Under the pieces are notes generated by a model, which saw only the letters and a list, made by a program, of their open reading frames with translations, was not told the DNA's origin and did not search any database. Shown one piece after another: positions 26,806-32,000 of a stretch of 32,000 nt of DNA (positions within the stretch are counted from its first letter, which is position 1; the number at the start of each line of letters is the position of its first letter). The translations under genes and the position numbers were made by a program. The DNA comes from Methanocaldococcus jannaschii DSM 2661 (lineage in GTDB: Archaea > AGJL01 > Methanococci > Methanococcales > Methanocaldococcaceae), in assembly GCF_000091665.1 (NCBI RefSeq), contig NC_000909.1:760712-792711 (forward strand), read 5' to 3'.

Positions 26806-27366
26806 TTACTCCTTTAAATCCATCTTTTCCCAGTCAAATGCTATTAATTTATCAAATTTTAACTCTTTAATTAATGTTCTAACTTCTTCCAAATCCTTCT
26901 CACTGAATTGAGCTGTTGGTGACTTTGCAGGCAATCCGAGTTTTCCTCTCAACTCAACAATCTGGTTATTTGCAGGAACAGCATGTCCAAATCTTAAAAC
27001 ATAAGAAGCTGTTTTTCTATGTGCTAATGCCATATTTCCTTTTTGAGCGGCAATATTTCTTAAAGTTTTTATGATTTCTGTAATTTTAACATCTCTTGGA
27101 CATCTTTCATAACATGTATAACAAGTTGTACAATACCAGATATCATCACTATCTAAAACATCATCTAAACCTAATAAAACCTTTCTTAAAACTTTTCTTG
27201 TTCTATAAGCTGTTCTTCTTCCACTTGGACAGCTTCCAGTGCAGGTTCCACATTGGTAACAAGCTTTTATTGATTTTACGATATCTTCACCTAAAACTAA
27301 CTTTCCAGCCTCAATAACCTCATTTACGAAGTTTTTATTTACTTCATCTAACTTTATTACTGCCAT
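26806..27366 (-). CDS. hdrC: Heterodisulfide reductase subunit C
   Basis: Two ferredoxin-type clusters are present (CYQCGTCTGSCP and CTTCYTCYERCP). An AGGTGAT SD is present. Confidence 0.9.
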   Translation of the reverse strand: MAVIKLDEVNKNFVNEVIEAGKLVLGEDIVKSIKACYQCGTCTGSCPSGRRTAYRTRKVLRKVLLGLDDVLDSDDIWYCTTCYTCYERCPRDVKITEIIKTLRNIAAQKGNMALAHRKTASYVLRFGHAVPANNQIVELRGKLGLPAKSPTAQFSEKDLEEVRTLIKELKFDKLIAFDWEKMDLKE

Positions 27367-27397
27367 AGTATCACCTCACATTAAGGTAGGGTTTTGG

Positions 27398-27409
27398 TTA
27401 TATATATAG
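27398..27409 (-). promoter_or_regulatory. Probable hdrCB TATA box
   Basis: On the minus strand, CTATATATATAACC lies about 35-40 nt upstream of the hdrC ATG, placing the predicted transcript start just before the SD. Confidence 0.4.
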
Positions 27410-27553
27410 TTAGAAACTTCGAATGTTAGTATTAGACACTTGTAAAATACCTCATTATAAATAAATTTTAAAATTTAATTTAAAGAGAAATTAAAAACAT
27501 GAGGGGGTTATTTTATTTAACTTCTTTTGAATAAAATTAAAGAGGGGGCTAAT

Positions 27554-28876
27554 GTGAGGATTACAATTTACAGTCCAGAAGTTTATACTTATGGTGCCAT
27601 GCTCATTGGTGGTATTTTAAAACATAAGGGCTATAACGTTCATTTAGTTAGAAAGATTGATAAAACACTATTTTTAAAGTCAGATGTTATTATTTTCAGC
27701 CTATATTCAACTCTGCACATATTGGATAAAAATATCAGAGAGGCTATAGACTTTATAAAAAAAGTTAGGAAAAACAAAACCAAAGTTTATGTTGCAGGTT
27801 GTGTTTCAACGTATCCAGAGATTATTTTAAATGAGCTAAATGTAGATGGGGTTATAGTTGGAGAGGGTGAGATAACAACACCAAAAATTATTGAGGGAGA
27901 TAAAGAGGGATTGGCTTATAAAGAGGGAGATGAGATAGTTATAAACTATCCAAAGGAAAAGCCAGATTTGAATCATCCTCTCCCACTAATACCAAAGGAT
28001 ATTGAACAGCAGTCGATTAGAGGAGCTAATGTTTATATAGAGACACATAGAGGTTGTTTGGGTAATTGCACTTTTTGTCAAGTTCCAAAGTTTTTTGGAA
28101 AAACCATTAGAAGTAGGGATGTTGAGGATGTTGTTGAGGAGGTTAAAGCATTTAAAAGGGCTGGAGCTAAGAGAATTGCAATAAGTGGAGGTACTGGAAG
28201 TTTATATGCCTTTAAAAAATCGATAAACAGAGATAAGTTTTTTGAGCTTTTGGAAAAGGTTTCTGAAGTTATTGGGAAAAATAATTTATCTGTTCCAGAT
28301 ATGAGGGTTGATTATGTTGATGAAGAAATATTAGAGGCAATAAAAAACTATACAATTGGATGGGTGTTTTATGGAATAGAGAGTGGGAGCGATAAAATTT
28401 TAAAAGATATGAAGAAAGGAACTAATAGGGAAAAGAACTTAGATGCAATAAAATTGGCTAAGGATTGTGGAGTTAAAGTAGCTGGAAGTTTTATAGTTGC
28501 ATATCCAACAGAGACGGAGATGGATTATCTATTAACAAAAGATTTTATTGTAGATGCTGAGTTGGATGATGTTTTTGTATCTATTGCTGAGCCAATTCCA
28601 ACCACGGAGTTGTGCGATTTAGTTCTATCTATGCCTAAGGAAGAGAATTTGCTATATAAGATGCATGAGGGAGAATATAGAAAACTTGGATTAAGTGAGG
28701 CAGAGGCAAGATGCTTTGATTTGCTGATTCACGCTGAAATGTGGAAGAGTATGCCAAAACCTTTAACTCCTCAACTCTATAACTTATATTTAAATGAGGC
28801 GAGGATACAAGGGAAAGATATAAGAGCTATAACGGATTTATTGTTTAAGTATAGAGATTTATTACTAAAAAAATAA
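27554..28876 (+). CDS. Radical SAM protein with an N-terminal B12-binding-like domain (substrate unknown)
   Basis: The CLGNCTFC (CxxxCxxC) motif follows a Rossmann-like N-terminal domain. The GTG at 27554 is preceded by AGAGGGGG. The track's TTG at 27527 has no SD. Confidence 0.75.
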   Translation: MRITIYSPEVYTYGAMLIGGILKHKGYNVHLVRKIDKTLFLKSDVIIFSLYSTLHILDKNIREAIDFIKKVRKNKTKVYVAGCVSTYPEIILNELNVDGVIVGEGEITTPKIIEGDKEGLAYKEGDEIVINYPKEKPDLNHPLPLIPKDIEQQSIRGANVYIETHRGCLGNCTFCQVPKFFGKTIRSRDVEDVVEEVKAFKRAGAKRIAISGGTGSLYAFKKSINRDKFFELLEKVSEVIGKNNLSVPDMRVDYVDEEILEAIKNYTIGWVFYGIESGSDKILKDMKKGTNREKNLDAIKLAKDCGVKVAGSFIVAYPTETEMDYLLTKDFIVDAELDDVFVSIAEPIPTTELCDLVLSMPKEENLLYKMHEGEYRKLGLSEAEARCFDLLIHAEMWKSMPKPLTPQLYNLYLNEARIQGKDIRAITDLLFKYRDLLLKK

Positions 28877-28895
28877 AAAATAATTTGGTGGGAGA

Positions 28896-29285
28896 ATGTG
28901 TATCTTCTGCAAAATAATCAATGGAGAGATTCCAGCAAAGGTTGTTTATGAAGATGAGCATGTTTTAGCTTTTTTAGATATAAATCCAAGAAATAAAGGG
29001 CATACTTTGGTTGTTCCTAAAAAGCACTATGAAAGATTTGATGAAATGCCTGATGATGAGCTCTGCAACTTTATAAAAGGAGTTAAAAAGACTGTTGAAG
29101 TTCTAAAAAAGCTTGGATTTGATGGCTACAATATAGTCAATAACAACGGCAGAGTTGCGGGGCAAGAAGTTAATCATGTTCATTTCCATATCATTCCAAG
29201 GTATGAAGGAGACGGAGAGGTTGTTAAATTTGGAGAGGTTAAAAACGTTGATTTAGATGAGGTTTTAAAGGAAATTAAAGGATAA
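28896..29285 (+). CDS. HIT-family (histidine triad) nucleotide hydrolase/transferase
   Basis: The HVHFHIIPR histidine triad is present. The protein is 129 aa with a GGTGGGAG SD. Confidence 0.9.
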   Translation: MCIFCKIINGEIPAKVVYEDEHVLAFLDINPRNKGHTLVVPKKHYERFDEMPDDELCNFIKGVKKTVEVLKKLGFDGYNIVNNNGRVAGQEVNHVHFHIIPRYEGDGEVVKFGEVKNVDLDEVLKEIKG

Positions 29286-30525
29286 GCTCCCCTTTCAATC
29301 CAAACGTCTTAGCATCAGTAATTTTCACTTTTCTAAACTCTCCTACCTCCCCTCCTTCAAATTTAACAACTTTAAAGTTGTCAGTATAACCTTTTCCCTC
29401 ATCTAAAACTAAAACTTTCATAGCCTTTCCAATATACTTTTTGTTATTTAGATAGCTCAACTCCCTCCTCAATTTATCTAAAATTTCACTTCTTCTCTTT
29501 CTAATTTTTGTATCTATCTGCTTCATCTTTGCTGCCTCAGTTCCTTTTCTTTGAGAGTATTTAGCTCCGTGAATATAGTCTGGCTTTAACTCCCTCAAAA
29601 CCTCTAAGGTATTTTGAAACTGCTCCTCTGTCTCTCCGGGGAATCCAACGATTATATCTGTTGTAAAGCAGAGATTTTTAATTTTCCTTCTGAATTCATT
29701 TACAATGTCTTTAAATTCATCTACTGTATAACCTCTCTTCATTCTCTTTAAAATCTCATCGTCTCCACTTTGTAAAGGCAAATGTAGAAATTTTCCAACT
29801 TTCTCATTTTGATAGACTTCTATAAGTTCATCTAAGATTAGTTCAGCATTTTTAGCATGCATCATTCCAACTCTCATTATAAACTCTCCCTTTATTTGAG
29901 TTAGCTCATTCAATAGGTTAGCTAAGTTATCTCCAATATCAAATCCATAGCATGCAGTATCTTGTGCAGTTATCAACAAGCATTTAGCTCCTTTATTTAT
30001 TAACTCTTTGGCTTTATTAACGATTTTTTCTCTTGGATAAGATATTAGCCCACCTCTTGCTATTTTCACAATGCAGTAACTGCAGTTTCCTATACAACCT
30101 TCACATATTGGCAATGGAGTAATTAATGATGGTTTTAAGTAATCTAACTTCTTATAGAGTGTTTTGTTGATGTCCTCTTCAATATATGGCATTCTGTAGT
30201 GTTTTTCAACGTAATTTTTCAATATCTCTCCAGCTTTGTGAGCTTCTCTTGGATATATATGTAGGAATCCTTTAACCTTATTCTTTAAAGCCTTTGGCAA
30301 ACATCCAGCAACAACAACCTCCTTTCCTAAATTTTTAAGTTCGTTTATTCTGTAAATCATTCTATTCTCTGTTTCTAATCTAACAACACATGTGTTTATT
30401 ATTGCAATATCTGCCTCTTCTAAGTTATTAACTACTTCAAATCCATGTTTTTTTAGAGAATTCTTTATAATTTCTGTATCAGCGGTGTTTAAAACGCATC
30501 CATAGCCCTCAACATATACTCTCAT
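29275..30525 (-). CDS. mtaB: MiaB-family radical SAM methylthiotransferase, archaeal/eukaryotic MtaB (CDKAL1-like) type
   Basis: The protein has an N-terminal UPF0004 domain (VYVEGYGC...NTCVV), the CIGNCSYC radical SAM motif and a C-terminal TRAM-like domain. The ATG at 30525 follows GGTGA with 5-nt spacing. The track start at 30558 is an upstream extension. Confidence 0.8.
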   Translation of the reverse strand: MRVYVEGYGCVLNTADTEIIKNSLKKHGFEVVNNLEEADIAIINTCVVRLETENRMIYRINELKNLGKEVVVAGCLPKALKNKVKGFLHIYPREAHKAGEILKNYVEKHYRMPYIEEDINKTLYKKLDYLKPSLITPLPICEGCIGNCSYCIVKIARGGLISYPREKIVNKAKELINKGAKCLLITAQDTACYGFDIGDNLANLLNELTQIKGEFIMRVGMMHAKNAELILDELIEVYQNEKVGKFLHLPLQSGDDEILKRMKRGYTVDEFKDIVNEFRRKIKNLCFTTDIIVGFPGETEEQFQNTLEVLRELKPDYIHGAKYSQRKGTEAAKMKQIDTKIRKRRSEILDKLRRELSYLNNKKYIGKAMKVLVLDEGKGYTDNFKVVKFEGGEVGEFRKVKITDAKTFGLKGELIL

Positions 30526-30645
30526 ATCCATCACCACTTGTAAATAATATAACCACATATTTAAATTTTATGTTGTGCATTATTTAATAATAACCAAATA
30601 AGAAATAGAAAATAAAATAGCAATAGCAAGTTAGAGTTTATAAAC

Positions 30646-31029
30646 TTACTCAATCAAATCAGAAAATAGCTTTATGATATCCTTTGAGCTTAAAACACCA
30701 ACAATTTTATCTTCACATGGTGATTTCACATATAAATGATGAATCCCTTTTTCAGCCATAATCTCAACGGCTTTTTCTAATGGAGCTTCTGGGCTAACAG
30801 TTATTGGATTTGTTGTCATTATCTCCTCCGCTGTTTTATCTAAATCATTATAGTGTTTTAATACATCTGTATCTGTTATAATTCCCCAGAATGTCTCTCC
30901 ATCAGAAACTACGACAGATGATATATCATACTTTGCCATTGTTTTAATAACATCGCTTAATTTTGTATCTAAGGTTACTTCAACAACTCCCTTTTTCATA
31001 ACATCTCTAACCAAATACTTTGATATCAT
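30646..31029 (-). CDS. CBS-domain pair protein
   Basis: Two CBS repeats fill the whole 127-aa protein. A strong GAGGAGGTG SD is present. Confidence 0.85.
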
Positions 31030-31244
31030 GCTTACACCTCCTCAATTATATATTTACTATTCTTAGGTTTTTATAAATTCTCTTCTTTTTGAAACATACT
31101 GTAGTTATAAACCAAAATCTTTATATAGTCAAATATGACAATTGATGTATGATAACCTTCATATATTTCTTTGGCAATATCATCTATTACCTCCCAATTT
31201 ATTCATATATTAACAATTACAAATTTATGCTTATGGTGATAATA

Positions 31245-32000
31245 ATGGATGATTTAACTCAACTACCTGGTGTAGGTCCTACAACAGCTGAGAAGTTAAA
31301 AGAAGCTGGTTACACTGATTTTATGAAAATTGCAACTGCATCCATCGGTGAGCTAACAGAAATAGATGGAATTAGTGAGAAAGCTGCAGCCAGGATTATA
31401 GAAGCTGCAAGAGAACTCTGCAATTTAGGGTTTAAAAGTGGAACTGAGGTTTTATCCCAAAGAAAAAATATATGGAAGCTCTCAACTGGAAGTAAGAACT
31501 TAGATGAGATTTTAGGAGGAGGCTTGGAGAGTCAGTCAGTTACTGAATTTGCTGGAATGTTTGGTTCTGGTAAAACCCAGATAGCTCATCAGGCATGTGT
31601 TAATTTGCAGTGCCCAGAGAGAATAGTAGCAGATGACGCAATAAAGGATGAGATTTTAAATGAACCAAAGGCAGTTTATATTGACACAGAAGGAACATTC
31701 AGACCAGAAAGAATTGTCCAAATGGCAGAAGCTTTGGGTTTAGATGGAAATGAAGTTTTAAATAACATCTTTGTAGCAAGAGCCTACAACTCAGATATGC
31801 AAATGTTGTATGCTGAAAATGTTGAGAATTTAATAAGAGAAGGGCATAATATAAAGTTGGTTATAGTTGATTCATTAACATCAACATTCAGAACTGAGTA
31901 TATAGGAAGAGGTAAATTAGCAGAGAGACAACAAAAATTAGGAAGGCACATGGCTACTCTCAACAAATTAGCTGATATATACAACTGTGTTGTTATAGTA
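31245..32000 (+). CDS. radA: DNA repair and recombination protein RadA, N-terminal about 250 aa (gene continues past the window end)
   Basis: The ATG at 31245 follows GGTGAT. The translation begins [23 protein letters not shown] (HhH) and includes the Walker A motif GMFGSGKTQ. The frame is open to position 32000. It is absent from the ORF track because it is truncated. Confidence 0.9.

Noticed and set aside
27460-27553. Repeated GAGGGGG motifs (CATGAGGGGGTTA and AAAGAGGGGGCTA) with a 10-codon mini-ORF (ATG at 27499) upstream of the radical SAM gene.
   Set aside because: The mini-ORF is too short and has no supporting features. The second motif is adequately explained as the SD of the GTG at 27554.
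7727-30558. Longer N-terminal extensions given by the ORF track (mcrB 7727, mcrD 9089, mcrA 11102, mtrA 15777, mtrH 17000, idsA 23130, radical SAM 27527, mtaB 30558, and others).
   Set aside because: In each case an internal ATG or GTG lies 4-8 nt after a GGTGA/GAGGTG-type SD, and the extension would overlap the SD or the upstream gene. The downstream start also matches the conserved protein N-terminus.
18476-31984. Other track ORFs: 18476-18787, 22208-22492, 25130-25318, 25415-25612, 26563-26817, 27096-27317 and 31784-31984, plus 7600-7836 further upstream.
   Set aside because: Each is antisense to a confidently assigned gene (V4R, idsA, fni, hdrB, hdrC, radA) or lies in the mcr promoter region, with no SD and implausible composition.
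1-32000. I searched for CRISPR arrays, rRNA genes, inteins and in-frame TGA selenocysteine codons.
   Set aside because: No regularly spaced direct repeats are present and no rRNA-like sequence was seen. The intein-prone gene present (radA) reads through without an insertion in the visible part. No conserved gene requires read-through of a stop codon.

Overview
This is an AT-rich archaeal window with GGTGA-type ribosome-binding sites and BRE/TATA promoters, and it is clearly from a hyperthermophilic Methanococcales methanogen. The gene order matches my memory of the Methanocaldococcus jannaschii mcr/mtr neighbourhood, which I cannot verify here. The core (7.7-18.0 kb) holds the methyl-coenzyme M reductase operon mcrBDCGA, directly followed by the methyl-H4MPT:CoM methyltransferase operon mtrEDCBAFGH. 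Upstream lie a class-III-signal-peptide pilin-like gene with an EppA-like prepilin peptidase, a Cys-rich protein, an HD hydrolase, divergent tRNA-Thr(GGU) and tRNA-Gln(UUG), a DUF166-like gene, primase PriS, MfnF and the McrA-arginine methyltransferase Mmp10. Downstream lie a V4R-domain protein, a hypothetical gene and a split IS200/IS605-type TnpB. After these come two hypothetical genes, GGPP synthase, RNase J, type-2 IPP isomerase, hdrC/hdrB, a B12-type radical SAM enzyme, a HIT protein, an MtaB-like methylthiotransferase, a CBS protein and the 5' part of radA. Most of the window is well-understood core metabolism. The best candidate for something new is the stand-alone TnpB locus (19.8-21.3 kb). 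Its catalytic D/E/D residues are kept, and its single frame break lies in a 49-nt two-frame overlap that contains an in-phase A-AAA-AAT heptamer. Its 3' end and downstream flank fold into a dense series of GC-rich hairpins resembling an omega-RNA scaffold, and the last hairpin arm covers the start codon of the neighbouring gene. A second candidate is a promoter, GC-rich GNRA hairpin and U-tract unit next to tRNA-Thr, which may be an unannotated small RNA. Several ORF-track starts appear to be upstream extensions and were moved to the ATG/GTG that follows a Shine-Dalgarno (SD) sequence.
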